From: Marine Group II euryarchaeote MED-G33
GTDB lineage: Archaea > Thermoplasmatota > Poseidoniia > Poseidoniales > Thalassarchaeaceae
DNA length: 45,004 nt
Assembly: GCA_949538655.1 (NCBI GenBank)
Contig: CATISE010000082.1
Span: 1 to 45,004 of the forward strand
Direction of reading: 5' to 3'
The notes beneath the pieces are model-generated. The model did not search any database and had not been told where the DNA came from. It saw only the letters and a list, made by a program, of their open reading frames with translations. Below are positions 1 to 10,254 of this stretch, piece after piece. A program made the translations under genes and the position numbers. Position 1 is the stretch's first letter, and each line of letters begins with the position of its first letter.

Positions 1-891
1 CCCATGTAGGTCCTCAATCCAATCATATGGTTGACCCCCCTCTTCACCCTGTTGCTGTGGTTCACAAGCCTCGATGATCAAATCAATCACCCGGTTAAAG
101 GCAGCATCAAGCCCACCTTCGTCAACTTCGTGCTCAATTTGGGGGAGAATTCCAAGTGGGTCGATTTGCCCAGATAAGTGCTGTAACCAGATCATGTGCG
201 ACAATGCATTGAATGCTCTTTCATCCATGGCGGCCTGTTCCCATAACGACCAGGGCCCTCTGGAGCCATCGAGTGGCTGAGGCAGTATTCCATACCGCAA
301 GAAGGCTTCACGGAGTCCACCCAAACGAGTGGGGTCTCGAGCAACGTGTGCATTTGCAAGTGCCTCTTCGATTACGAACCACCATTGTGGTGCAACTCTT
401 GAATCGTGTAATCGATTGCTCGATTCACGATATGTGGATCGTAAATCAGGCATCGGTTGACCTGCTGCATGCAATCGAATCATGTGGAGGCTGATTTGTG
501 CATCGACACAGTGGTGAAAGAAACAATGATCAAATCCGAAAACAAATGCAAGATCGAGTGACAATGTCGGTGCATTGGCAATTCCATCTCTTTCCATTGC
601 TGTTGCAATACTGGCTGCCCATTCGACCAACGCATCCGCATTGACATGGATTCCCCAATCGGGATCAACTTCTGGAGAATCGGTCTCAGCACGTAACAAA
701 TCTCGGTACCAGAACATGGCAAGGGCTTCATCAATCTCCCCTCCTACATCACTTCCGGGCGAAGGGGTACGTTCAGGTCGATTCAAACCGGCGAGACCAC
801 CCCCTGGAGATTCTGTTTGCCGCACAAGTTGCGCTGCACGCCGTATGTCATAAGCGATTGGCTCAAGAAGAGGCAGAGCGCGCCTTGGCAT
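1..891 (-). CDS. Hypothetical protein, partial (runs off left edge); degenerate zincin-like motif
   Basis: Manual translation from ATG at 891 gives 297 codons with no stop (MPRRALPLLEPIAYDIRR...). Contains DHCFFHHCVD and a downstream IEEALAN. Missing from the ORF track because no stop lies in the window. Confidence 0.75.
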   Translation of the reverse strand, partial: MPRRALPLLEPIAYDIRRAAQLVRQTESPGGGLAGLNRPERTPSPGSDVGGEIDEALAMFWYRDLLRAETDSPEVDPDWGIHVNADALVEWAASIATAMERDGIANAPTLSLDLAFVFGFDHCFFHHCVDAQISLHMIRLHAAGQPMPDLRSTYRESSNRLHDSRVAPQWWFVIEEALANAHVARDPTRLGGLREAFLRYGILPQPLDGSRGPWSLWEQAAMDERAFNALSHMIWLQHLSGQIDPLGILPQIEHEVDEGGLDAAFNRVIDLIIEACEPQQQGEEGGQPYDWIEDLHG

Positions 892-902
892 GAGGGCGAA
901 CC

Positions 903-3008
903 ATGCGTGACCAGATGTCATCATTCGATATCGCTCGCATGGCTCTAGACATCAATGCCTTGGCTGGTGCAAGATGCCGGAAGATGTACCAGCCTCATTA
1001 TGAACAGGTTGTCTTGCGATTGAATCCCAAAGGAATTGCAAAATGTGATTTGGTTATTGTCCGCGGCCAGCGTGTTTACTTCAGTCAAAGAGACCGTCCA
1101 ATGCCTACTCAGCCACCACAATTTGCGATGTTACTGCGAAAACATTTGTCCAATGCACGCCTGACAGGTGCTAAACAACTGGGATTTGACCGGATTCTCG
1201 TACTCGAATTTGACACAAAAAATGGTCGTCGTGATTTAATCATTGAAATGTTCAGGAATGGAAATGTCATTTTGGTTGATGAAGATGGTATCATCATCCA
1301 ACCATTGACCCATGTTACGTATGAAACTCGAACCATCAAGCGAGGCGAGGTCTATGTTGCTCCCCCTGAACCAATCGACCCTCGAAACTGGTCGGTATCC
1401 CAATTGCAAGAGACCCTCAAGGATTCCGATCGAGATTTGGTACACACATTGGCGGGAAAGATGAGTTTGGGTCGCGCTTACGCACACAATCTCTGCGTGC
1501 TTGCTGGAATTGAACCGACTCTAAATGCCACTGAAATCAAAGACGTTGACCGACTTTACGAAGCCTTCCAGGGTATGGTCGAACAAATTCAACAATCAGG
1601 CGCCTTTGCAGTTGTCAACGAATTGTTCACGCCTTCTAGTAATCCATTGGAACTCGATCTCCAAATGGAACAACATTGCGTTGAAGTTGGTCCTGTTGCC
1701 CTTTCAGGTGACACACTCACGATGGAATTCGAATCTTTGTCCACTGCGATTGATGCATGGAAAGGTGGTCACGATTCAAGTGCTCTCGCACGTCGAGAGG
1801 CCGAAAAAATGGCGGAGATTACTGCACCTGGACAAACCGATTCCGAGGCTGAGAAACTAGCTCGTCGCGAGGATCAACAGGCCTCAGCCATCGATAAACT
1901 GACAGTCAAAGGTGAGAAACAACAAAACATTGGTAAATCGATTCAGAACAATTGGGGGCACGTTGAATCTCTTCTCAATCAGGTGAAACAATCCGTAGAT
2001 GATGTTGGTTGGGATGAAACTCGTAAGGCCATCAAGAAAATTGGTTGGATTGAATCTGCAGATCCAGCTTCTCGAACCATTCGAGCCAAGTTACCAGATG
2101 AAAGTGGTGAACCGGGGCCGGCAGTCGAATTGCATCTGGATAAGTCAGTGCATCAGAATGCCCAGATTTATTTCGCCAAGGGTCGAAAGGATAAGCAACG
2201 TTCAGAAGGGGCAAAGGCCGCACTTGCTGAGACACAACAACGACAGAAAAAAGTCGACAAGAAACGCGCTAAAGATGAGGCTGCAGGACGAGTGTCCATC
2301 ACAAAGAGAACCAAGAAATTCTGGTTTGAACGGAACCGCTGGACAATGCTATCCAGCGGCCAATTGTTGGTCGGAGGACGCGATGCCAAAGGCAATGATC
2401 AGATTGTCAAGAAGCATTTGAGCGCTGCAGATTTGTATTTCCATGCTGATTTACACGGTGCACCATCCTGTTCACTGAAACTCAAGGAAGGGTTCGAAGA
2501 AGATCCGAATCCGAACCCAATGCTACCCGAGGGGGTACCCTCTTTGCGTTTGACTCAATCTCTGGATATTGAGGAACATCCCGAAGAATCACTGCCTGAC
2601 GCGGCTCAAATGGCTGTTTGTTGGTCGCGTGCTTGGGGTAGTGGAGGTGCTGCTGCCACGGCATTCCACGCCAAGCAGGGTCAAGTCAGTAAAACCACTG
2701 AATCAGGAGAATCTCTAGGTAGAGGTGGCTTTGTAGTCCGAGGGAATCGTCACTGGTACAAGGACCTCAATATCGAATTGACCCTCGGCCTGGTTTCCAT
2801 CAATGGGATTCCAATGCCCATGGTCGGTACGCATGCAGTCATCAGCGATGTATGTCAGCGCTGGATTCGTTTGACCCCTGGGACGCAGAAGAAGGAACTG
2901 GTGGCAACCAAGATTGCCAAGGCGACTGGGTTGTTGCAGGATGATGTGTTGTCAGCATTGCCCCCTGGAAACCTATCTTTGGGAGATAGTCAAGGAATAT
3001 TCGATTGA
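903..3008 (+). CDS. rqcH: NFACT family ribosome quality-control protein (Rqc2/RqcH/NEMF homolog)
   Basis: N-terminal MSSFDI, QLGFDRIL and EMFRNGNVILVD; coiled coil with SVHQNAQIYF; NFACT-R motifs WFERNRW, GGRDAKGND and FHADLHGAPS. Confidence 0.93.
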   Translation: MRDQMSSFDIARMALDINALAGARCRKMYQPHYEQVVLRLNPKGIAKCDLVIVRGQRVYFSQRDRPMPTQPPQFAMLLRKHLSNARLTGAKQLGFDRILVLEFDTKNGRRDLIIEMFRNGNVILVDEDGIIIQPLTHVTYETRTIKRGEVYVAPPEPIDPRNWSVSQLQETLKDSDRDLVHTLAGKMSLGRAYAHNLCVLAGIEPTLNATEIKDVDRLYEAFQGMVEQIQQSGAFAVVNELFTPSSNPLELDLQMEQHCVEVGPVALSGDTLTMEFESLSTAIDAWKGGHDSSALARREAEKMAEITAPGQTDSEAEKLARREDQQASAIDKLTVKGEKQQNIGKSIQNNWGHVESLLNQVKQSVDDVGWDETRKAIKKIGWIESADPASRTIRAKLPDESGEPGPAVELHLDKSVHQNAQIYFAKGRKDKQRSEGAKAALAETQQRQKKVDKKRAKDEAAGRVSITKRTKKFWFERNRWTMLSSGQLLVGGRDAKGNDQIVKKHLSAADLYFHADLHGAPSCSLKLKEGFEEDPNPNPMLPEGVPSLRLTQSLDIEEHPEESLPDAAQMAVCWSRAWGSGGAAATAFHAKQGQVSKTTESGESLGRGGFVVRGNRHWYKDLNIELTLGLVSINGIPMPMVGTHAVISDVCQRWIRLTPGTQKKELVATKIAKATGLLQDDVLSALPPGNLSLGDSQGIFD

Positions 3009-3029
3009 GTGCCGATTACGCAGGCTCTC

Positions 3030-5699
3030 TCAATCGAGCAGGTCTCCAATGTTTGGCAAATCTTGAACGATTGTTTCTACAGGTGGTTCGAGTTCGCTTT
3101 CCATTTCAATCGGTGTCGTGACTTCTGACATAGAAGGTGGTTTCATTACAGGGCTGGGTTCAGAGAACAAATCTCTCTCAAAATCAGCCATTGCTTTTTC
3201 ACGTCCATCATTTTGCTGCCTAGATTTAGAGCGAACAGCCATGATGGCTGCAACCACTCCGACATTGATTAGAAGCAGCATGGCAATCATGGCAATCGAA
3301 CCGGAATCCATCCCAAAAGTCGAACCTTGTTCTCCTGCTGAATCCGAATCCCCCTCGTCATCGTTTTCAATGGCCCCACTCTGATTTTCAGAGTTGTCAG
3401 ATACGTCCTCAAACGGTGGGAAGTAAACAGTCATCACAGCATCTTTCCACATCCCATCAATACTCACACGGGCACTCAATTGCTGTGATTCATCCTCCAT
3501 ATTGGTATAACTTTGGTAATATGTGCCATTTGCTGCACCCATGCCTTCTGAAACAATTAGTTCCCCTTCTTGTAGAATCCAATTCATTTCGCAGTTGCTT
3601 TCACAGCGAATCTCAATCGAAATATTGGCCGTTCTTGAATCACTATCGGGTGCTTCTGCCAAACCCAATTCAATCGAAAGTATGGGGCATCCATTTAGAG
3701 AACCCCTGATCAGTGGACAACCATCAACTGAATCCTTTCTTCCATCTCCATCAGTGTCCCTTTGATTCGCTGCACAGCCATCTTCATTGGTTTCAGCCAA
3801 CCATTCGGTATCTGGACATTGATCAGTATCATCGTTGGTTCCGTCCCCGTCCGAATCTCTTTCAGATGGACCACACCCATTGGTATTGACATCCATCTCT
3901 CCAAAGGGTGTGTTCGGACAAGCATCATCGATATTGTAGATTCCATCTGCATCATCATCGAGTTGAGATTCCGAACATCCAATGACATTGACCAATTCTT
4001 CACGAGGTGTATTTGGACAGGCATCGAGGTCATCAGTGACACCATCATTGTCTGAATCTAACTGGTTGTCTGCACATCCATCACCATCGATGTTATCGCC
4101 GACGTTTGTATCTGGGCAATCATCTTCAGCGTCAACGATTCCATCATCGTCTCCATCAAGTTCCCATGCGGAACATCCAATGCTGTTCACCTCCCAACCC
4201 AATTGTGTATACGGGCACTGATCAACATCATCCATCACTCCATCTTGGTCACTGTCAATTTGATTCATCGCACAACCGTCCCCATCCACGGTTAGACCCG
4301 GGTCGGTATTTGGACAGACATCTTCGTCATCGATGACCCCATCCTCATCAGTATCAGGTGGTGGGATTTCACAACCGTCCGCTCCAACCAATGAGTCTGG
4401 TAGGGTGTGTGGACATACATCGATTTGATCGGCTACACTGTCCCCGTCATAATCTGGAATTCCGATAATATGGTGGAGAAATAGAGATATGGCTCGATGT
4501 GTAGTTTCTGTTGGATGTAAATTGTCGAAGAAGATGTATTCTTCGACGTTCGGTGCAATCGGGTCATTACTGTCACAGGTAGCACCATCGTGATCACAAG
4601 CGGGGTGTGTGACATTCGTGATGCCAAAGTGTTCCCCCGAATAGTATAGCATCTCAAATCCAATCCAAATTGGAATGACATGGGTGGTGACAGCATATGT
4701 TGAATTTAGCCCCGCAGCCATCGTGCGTAATCCCGAATTGAATTCAGTCACACGTTGACCTAATTCTTGCTGATCTTGCTCCGAACTATCCCTTTCACCT
4801 GGTGTTTTTTCCAACGGAGGGAGTTCAAAGAAGATGATTTCTTGACCACCGGTTGCAATCAATTGCTCAGCGTGTTCTTCAATATCATCGACAATCCTCT
4901 GAGCATTCGTTTCCCCAAAGTTGAGAAGATCATTTCCACCGCCCCAAATGGCGGCAACATCGCCGGCGACAAGGTCGTAGTTCTGATCCCAATCATCGAC
5001 CTGTTTCCCAATGTTCTCGATGACAAAGAAGGACATCCCATTCCCCGTTCCCGCGCCCCCAAATGCACGATTATTCCCACTGGCTGCACCTCTTCCGTTA
5101 ATGTTTGATATTCCCAACCAATCAGTCGAAAAGTCTGCCCAATTCTGTCCGTTTGAGTATCTCCCTTGCCAATACGGTGGACTCTCCGGTGTTCCGAATG
5201 CGCTGTAGGTATTTCCAGAATCGGAGAGGCTATCTCCGAAGATGAACAAATTTGTGTATTGGGGTGACATAGACTCCCAGAAAACCGAAAATGGCTCTGC
5301 TACAGAAACGTCTGTCCAACCCGTGGATGAGTTCAATGTAATTTCTAGATAATACATCATCGATTCATTGGAAATATGATGTTCGCTGTACTCAAACTGC
5401 ATTGCATTTTGGGTTGCTAAAAACGGTATGATGCCGGATGAAACGGTGGTGTTGAATCCCATTTCACTCGTTTCATTGGTCGCATGTACCGTCCAATACA
5501 TCTCGTAATTACGGCCCAGTGTGAGGCCCCACAAACCGATGGTGGCTTCAAGTGGCTCACTCGATGAGAATATTCGTTGCTCAAATAGAATCGACGCGCC
5601 TTCGGAGCCCTTAGATTCGGAAGCTTGTGCAGGGATTGTAATCGACCATGACATGGCCAAAAGTGAGGCGACAATCAACAGTGAGAACCACCTCCCCAT
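3030..5699 (-). CDS. Secreted, membrane-anchored SGNH/GDSL esterase-lipase with thrombospondin type 3-like Ca-binding repeats
   Basis: Signal peptide, FGDSLSDSGN, GRYSNG, WGGGND and FFDNLHPT blocks, many DxDxDGxxDxxDxCP repeats and a C-terminal TM helix. Start taken as ATG 5699 (ORF track: 5726). Confidence 0.88.
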   Translation of the reverse strand: MGRWFSLLIVASLLAMSWSITIPAQASESKGSEGASILFEQRIFSSSEPLEATIGLWGLTLGRNYEMYWTVHATNETSEMGFNTTVSSGIIPFLATQNAMQFEYSEHHISNESMMYYLEITLNSSTGWTDVSVAEPFSVFWESMSPQYTNLFIFGDSLSDSGNTYSAFGTPESPPYWQGRYSNGQNWADFSTDWLGISNINGRGAASGNNRAFGGAGTGNGMSFFVIENIGKQVDDWDQNYDLVAGDVAAIWGGGNDLLNFGETNAQRIVDDIEEHAEQLIATGGQEIIFFELPPLEKTPGERDSSEQDQQELGQRVTEFNSGLRTMAAGLNSTYAVTTHVIPIWIGFEMLYYSGEHFGITNVTHPACDHDGATCDSNDPIAPNVEEYIFFDNLHPTETTHRAISLFLHHIIGIPDYDGDSVADQIDVCPHTLPDSLVGADGCEIPPPDTDEDGVIDDEDVCPNTDPGLTVDGDGCAMNQIDSDQDGVMDDVDQCPYTQLGWEVNSIGCSAWELDGDDDGIVDAEDDCPDTNVGDNIDGDGCADNQLDSDNDGVTDDLDACPNTPREELVNVIGCSESQLDDDADGIYNIDDACPNTPFGEMDVNTNGCGPSERDSDGDGTNDDTDQCPDTEWLAETNEDGCAANQRDTDGDGRKDSVDGCPLIRGSLNGCPILSIELGLAEAPDSDSRTANISIEIRCESNCEMNWILQEGELIVSEGMGAANGTYYQSYTNMEDESQQLSARVSIDGMWKDAVMTVYFPPFEDVSDNSENQSGAIENDDEGDSDSAGEQGSTFGMDSGSIAMIAMLLLINVGVVAAIMAVRSKSRQQNDGREKAMADFERDLFSEPSPVMKPPSMSEVTTPIEMESELEPPVETIVQDLPNIGDLLD
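3700..4450 (-). repeat. Tandem TSP3-like protein repeats (DxDxDGVxDxxDxCPxT...xxGC)
   Basis: About eight copies of a ~33-aa unit are visible in the translation. Boundaries approximate. Confidence 0.85.
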
Positions 5700-5732
5700 G
5701 TATGTTGGCTTGAGGCTACTCGGCATTGAACA

Positions 5733-5760
5733 TTGCGTCAGCGCCTATGGCGCTGCGCAA
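5733..5760. promoter_or_regulatory. Inverted repeat TTGCG(t)CAGCGCC-TAT-GGCGCTGCGCAA
   Basis: 7-bp perfect stem at 5739-5755, extendable to 12 bp with one bulge; lies between the RND stop and the esterase start. Function unknown. Confidence 0.55.
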
Positions 5761-5771
5761 GTAAGGGGGTT

Positions 5772-8700
5772 TTACTCTAGTACAGCATCCATTGTGGTAC
5801 TACTCGCAACGACAACATCGATATCGAGATCTTGGTACTCACCTTTGCCAGTGATTCTGAACATAAGGGTGTGCCATCCGACAATCATTGCTGGGAGAAG
5901 GATTGAACTGGTCAACAGGGCGAATGTGATCAGCATCATCATCAGGAAGAAGAAATTTCTCAATCCTGGAATGTCTACCAATAGACCAGCGCCCAAACCA
6001 GCACATGTTGTCGCAGTGGTTTCAAAGATTGTTTGCCCTGTTCTCGAAACCGTTTTCACGATACCAGCCGGTGTCTCTTTTTCCTCCCTAATCCGATCAA
6101 TAATATGGATGGAATCATCGACACCTATGCCGAATACAATGGTGGATACCATTGCAGTGAACACATTGACATTCACATCTCCACTAAACATGAGGAGTGG
6201 TTGCCATAACACAACAACACCCACAGCAGTCATTGTGAAGAATGCAAGTCTCGCTGATCGGAATAGAATGGCCATCACAAATAGCAGAACAAACATGGTC
6301 ATGACCGTGGCATCTGTTTGTGCATCGTGAACTCCTTTGTTGATGTCGAGTGAAAGCGGCAAACCACCAGTCAATTCACTGACTTCCACCGCTGGAAGTG
6401 ATGGGAATCCCGCCGAGAGCAAACCATCGATTTCATTTCGCAAAGCACCAGCATCACGGAGATTGATATACGGTTGATTCACATAAACGAGTGTCTGCGT
6501 CTCCCCACCAACCATTTCGTTTGCCTCATTCATCAGCATTGAACGAATTTCCACAGATAGTGTATCGAAAGCAACGTTCACCATCTGTGGTTGACTTGAA
6601 CCCAAATACGGCAAACATTCTGGATGTAATACATCGCTGAAGTCAGGACTTTTTGTGATATTCCAGCATTCATCATGCAGGATTTCCCACAGGCTCTGCG
6701 CCTCAACACCAGGGATGCCTAGATCGACGTGAACAGCTTTCAGAATCGTGACCAAACTTACAGTAGTAGTTTCAGGGACATCATCTATTTTTTCTTCCAT
6801 TGTTGAAATAGAATCGAGTACATCCAAATCTCTGATTGGGGCTGAATTTTCCCCTGTATGCTCTGTTGCATCGACAATGAACATATTTGTTTGACCGCCT
6901 TCAAACACTCTACTGTATTCAGCCAAAGTTTGGTAGGATTCCAGTCCTGGTGGGACTTCATCGGAGGAACCGGTGATGTCGTCACCCATTGTATCTGCCA
7001 TCATGTATAATCCTCCGGCGCTGACCAAGAAAGCAACCAAAATGACAGCCCACCAACCAACGACTGGAACTTGGCCAATCTTTTTCCATACCTTATCTGC
7101 TGATTCTAATCCTTTCTTTCGGTAACGTAGAACCCATCCGAGAACAGGGACCATCACCATCGAGAAAAAGAAGGTACATGCGATTCCAAGGACCAGTGTC
7201 AGACCCACGGTTCGCATGGGCTTGATGGGGACAAGGAATGGCCAAGCGAGGACGCTGAATCCAACGATTGTCGTCAATGCAGAAAGGAGAATCGCGTTTC
7301 CTGTTGTCATCACTGCATCAACTGTGGCGCCGAGATATACATCAGCATCCCATGGGTCAAGATCTTCTGCTTGCAATCCTTCTCGTTGCTTTCTCCATGC
7401 ATCTTCAGCAGCTTCTTCCAAGCGCTCATTACGCCCTTCCTCGATTCGGTTGATGAGGTGGAGGGCATAATCGACACCGAGTCCGATGAGGATCGGCCCT
7501 GCTGCAATAATCATCGGTGTCAATTCGATATCAGCCATGACTGTAATGCCAAATGTCACGGCCAAACTCATGACGATTGGTGTGCCACAAATAATCAGCA
7601 CCTTCGGATTTCGATGAAGGATAAACATCGTCACAGCAACGAATGCGAGTGACCAAGGGAGCATATATTCGAGCTGTTCGTAAACAGCATCCGATACATC
7701 ATGCAGAACTGGGGTGAGGCCAGTGACGGTAATCGCACACCGACTGTACACCTCACCTTCATCATTGCACGGAGATTCTGGAGTTCTCCATTCCCGCTCA
7801 CCAGTGTCTTCATTTTCGTACAACATGGGTGAAAGTTCCTCTTCGTAATCATGTTTACAAAGAGGGCAAATTTCAGGGTCAGATTCATCGTAAACTAGTT
7901 TCTTTGTGTATTCAAGAAATGCTTTGTGGTCCTTGATAGTCTCCCCAACTTCTCCCTTGAAATCTACCCTAGCATCAATTTGAGTTCCTTCCATTTCGAA
8001 CCGAATTCCCATGACGATAACAGCGGTGTCCCAAATCCCATCTCCGTTGGTATCTCGGACGAAGGATTCCATCAAACTACCAGAATTTTCGACCATTTCA
8101 TTGACAGTATCTTGGTTCTGAGGGATGACATATCCGTCGTTTGGACTTGCTGTGGTAATCGGGCAATCCTGTAGATTGAATCCAGCGACACCATGCTCTT
8201 CCATCGCACATCTGAATCGGTTTTGAGCACTGTTCTCTTCCTTGATAATTTGAGCAGGAGATAAGACCCAAACGACCCCATCATTTCGACCGCGATCCTC
8301 CTTGTCCCAATCCAACCCTCTGGCATAATTGCCTTGACCACTGTCATCATCACCCTCAAGATATGACAATTGATTGAGAACTGTGACACTGGTCACATTA
8401 TGTTCGCAATTATCGATTTCCTCGCATGTCCCTCTCGTAGCCCCATGGATTGCATTATCAGTATGAATGTAGAGCATTACAATATCTGTGGACCACCCTT
8501 CACGAACTTCGAGAAGCAAATCCTTTGATTCAGCACCATCGGGTAAATAGACCTCAACATCACCATTGATCTGGTACTGGAAATCAACGGAGTATTGCCC
8601 AATAAACCCGGTGACGAGCAGTAAGATGACAATCACAGCACCAGGGGACTTGTGTAGGGCTCGGTAGATTCCGCGGACCGGCTTTTCGATGGCATCCTGT

Positions 8701-8840
8701 GTCACTTCGCCGGCTGAATCCAAACGATCAGTCCAACCCGCCCACAATGTTCGCAAACGGGTAAACAACGAGTCGTCTGGACCGATTGGAAGGATGGTTG
8801 CCGATGGTTCAATATCAGCCGAGTCGGACCCGCTCATCAC
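5772..8840 (-). CDS. RND/MMPL family (archaeal HAE3-like) transporter
   Basis: Two repeats of TM + large external loop + 5 TM; motifs IGLGVDYALH and GIGVDDSIH. Confidence 0.9.
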   Translation of the reverse strand: MMSGSDSADIEPSATILPIGPDDSLFTRLRTLWAGWTDRLDSAGEVTQDAIEKPVRGIYRALHKSPGAVIVILLLVTGFIGQYSVDFQYQINGDVEVYLPDGAESKDLLLEVREGWSTDIVMLYIHTDNAIHGATRGTCEEIDNCEHNVTSVTVLNQLSYLEGDDDSGQGNYARGLDWDKEDRGRNDGVVWVLSPAQIIKEENSAQNRFRCAMEEHGVAGFNLQDCPITTASPNDGYVIPQNQDTVNEMVENSGSLMESFVRDTNGDGIWDTAVIVMGIRFEMEGTQIDARVDFKGEVGETIKDHKAFLEYTKKLVYDESDPEICPLCKHDYEEELSPMLYENEDTGEREWRTPESPCNDEGEVYSRCAITVTGLTPVLHDVSDAVYEQLEYMLPWSLAFVAVTMFILHRNPKVLIICGTPIVMSLAVTFGITVMADIELTPMIIAAGPILIGLGVDYALHLINRIEEGRNERLEEAAEDAWRKQREGLQAEDLDPWDADVYLGATVDAVMTTGNAILLSALTTIVGFSVLAWPFLVPIKPMRTVGLTLVLGIACTFFFSMVMVPVLGWVLRYRKKGLESADKVWKKIGQVPVVGWWAVILVAFLVSAGGLYMMADTMGDDITGSSDEVPPGLESYQTLAEYSRVFEGGQTNMFIVDATEHTGENSAPIRDLDVLDSISTMEEKIDDVPETTTVSLVTILKAVHVDLGIPGVEAQSLWEILHDECWNITKSPDFSDVLHPECLPYLGSSQPQMVNVAFDTLSVEIRSMLMNEANEMVGGETQTLVYVNQPYINLRDAGALRNEIDGLLSAGFPSLPAVEVSELTGGLPLSLDINKGVHDAQTDATVMTMFVLLFVMAILFRSARLAFFTMTAVGVVVLWQPLLMFSGDVNVNVFTAMVSTIVFGIGVDDSIHIIDRIREEKETPAGIVKTVSRTGQTIFETTATTCAGLGAGLLVDIPGLRNFFFLMMMLITFALLTSSILLPAMIVGWHTLMFRITGKGEYQDLDIDVVVASSTTMDAVLE

Positions 8841-8881
8841 CCCGTCGAACCACCATTTGATATTGAAGGGCTCGGATAGCA

Positions 8882-8900
8882 GAGGTCCCTATGGGACCTC
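8882..8900. promoter_or_regulatory. Inverted repeat GAGGTCCC-TAT-GGGACCTC
   Basis: Perfect 8-bp stem with 3-nt loop between the GT2 stop and the RND start. Confidence 0.55.
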
Positions 8901-8911
8901 AAACGATTGAT

Positions 8912-9877
8912 TTAATCCATGCCGAATTCTTCAACGAGCAATCGTCGCATTAGTCGACGTGCCCCGTGAAGGACCATGGCTGCAAAGCACAAGGAAGCAC
9001 CGAGCATACCAATCCATGCAGCGGTAAGCCCTGGGCCTACGGAAAGAGAGACTGAACCATCGGTCAAACCCTCGACTTCATTGAGGGCTCGCATTCCGAT
9101 TGCTGCACCTGTTGCCAGCAGAGAAATACCTGGCAATCCGAAGAAGATCAATGGTTTCTTTTGAGATAGGGAAATCAGAGCGAAACTAAGTACTGTAAAT
9201 CCATGTGAAAGTGCTGTATAGCGGCTACCTTTGGGTACATCGTAGCGGATTTTGGTTGGTACTTCTGAAACTTTCAATTGTAGGTCATCACAAGCGTTGA
9301 GAATTTCGAGGCAGGATTCCATCCCTTCATGGTCGAAATTCAACCTCGCAAGTGCCTTGGGTCCGAATGCTCGGAAACCGCTTTGTGTATCCTTGATATT
9401 CAAATCACTGGAAAGGTTCGAAGCTGCCGTAATGACCTTGATCCCAAGCGCCCGATAAGTGGGCATACTTTCAGCGCCACCACCATCGACAAATCGAGAG
9501 CCGATGACAACATCTGTTTCACCAGCCAAAATAGGTGCGAGTAAGATGGGTATGTCACTTGCATCGTGCTGTCCATCACTGTCTAAGATGACAAGTGCCT
9601 TTGCACGACGTTCGACCGCCGTTTGAAAAATCGTCTTGAGAGCGCCACCATAGCCTCTATTGGCGCGATGATGGTGAACAGTTGCCCCCAACTTCCGTGC
9701 AATACGGGATGATGCATCGGATGAACCATCATCGACACAGAGTACTTCGTCGACCTGTGGTTTACATGAAAGAACGACGCTGCCAATGGTTTCTTCTTCA
9801 TTGAAAACGGGCATAGCCGCGATGATGGGTCCGTCCCAAACAATTGGTGTGGACCTCTCTTCGGACTTTCCATCCAT
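8912..9877 (-). CDS. GT2 glycosyltransferase, DPM/DPG synthase-like, with C-terminal TM helices
   Basis: MPVFNEE, VDDGSSD, NRGYGGA, LDSDGQH, VIGSRF and DTQSGFRAF. Start taken as ATG 9877. Confidence 0.9.
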   Translation of the reverse strand: MDGKSEERSTPIVWDGPIIAAMPVFNEEETIGSVVLSCKPQVDEVLCVDDGSSDASSRIARKLGATVHHHRANRGYGGALKTIFQTAVERRAKALVILDSDGQHDASDIPILLAPILAGETDVVIGSRFVDGGGAESMPTYRALGIKVITAASNLSSDLNIKDTQSGFRAFGPKALARLNFDHEGMESCLEILNACDDLQLKVSEVPTKIRYDVPKGSRYTALSHGFTVLSFALISLSQKKPLIFFGLPGISLLATGAAIGMRALNEVEGLTDGSVSLSVGPGLTAAWIGMLGASLCFAAMVLHGARRLMRRLLVEEFGMD

Positions 9878-9912
9878 GGCTTTTGGGTGAGATAAATTGC
9901 ATTTCAACACTT

Positions 9913-9973
9913 CCCTCACAATCTCGCCCACGGGCGAATATGAGGGGGTCACCGGGGCAGGCGCCCCGGCGAC
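9913..9973 (-). other. Tandem RNA-type hairpins 3' of a small gene (possible transcript end or stability element)
   Basis: Minus strand GTCGCCGGGGC-GCCT-GCCCCGGTGAC (11 bp, one G.U) followed by CCCTCATA-TTCGCC-CGTG-GGCGAG-AT-TGTGAGGG. Confidence 0.5.
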
Positions 9974-9981
9974 ATTTTTGT

Positions 9982-10254
9982 TTAATCAAAGATCAATTGG
10001 CTCACTGTTGTGACTGCACGATCTCCATCGATGACTTTACGCATTGCTGCGAGACTGATTACCAATGGTGCATAGGTTTGCCCATCTGCAGTGGTATATG
10101 TCTCACAATCTCCAAATGCATTGGTGTTAATCGAGACTTTGATCGCTCCTCCCGCATTACTCCTTCGTACATATCCGACCAGGAGGTTTGGGGTTACACC
10201 GTTTTCATCTGATTCATTCGTTTGCTTGCTATTTTCTATTTTTCTGGTTGCCAT
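9982..10254 (-). CDS. Small hypothetical protein (90 aa)
   Basis: ATG 10254 is preceded by the SD-like GGAGTTGA; protein-like sequence (LLVGYVRRSNAGGAIKVSIN...). Confidence 0.75.
   Translation of the reverse strand: MATRKIENSKQTNESDENGVTPNLLVGYVRRSNAGGAIKVSINTNAFGDCETYTTADGQTYAPLVISLAAMRKVIDGDRAVTTVSQLIFD

Noticed and set aside
3700..4450. Periodic sequence that might suggest a CRISPR array
   Set aside because: Degenerate in-frame TSP3 protein repeats; no identical DNA repeats with spacers and no cas genes.
5521..6330. 269-aa + strand ORF and many other 60-190 aa ORFs in the track
   Set aside because: They lie antisense or out of frame to well-supported genes and show no recognisable motifs.
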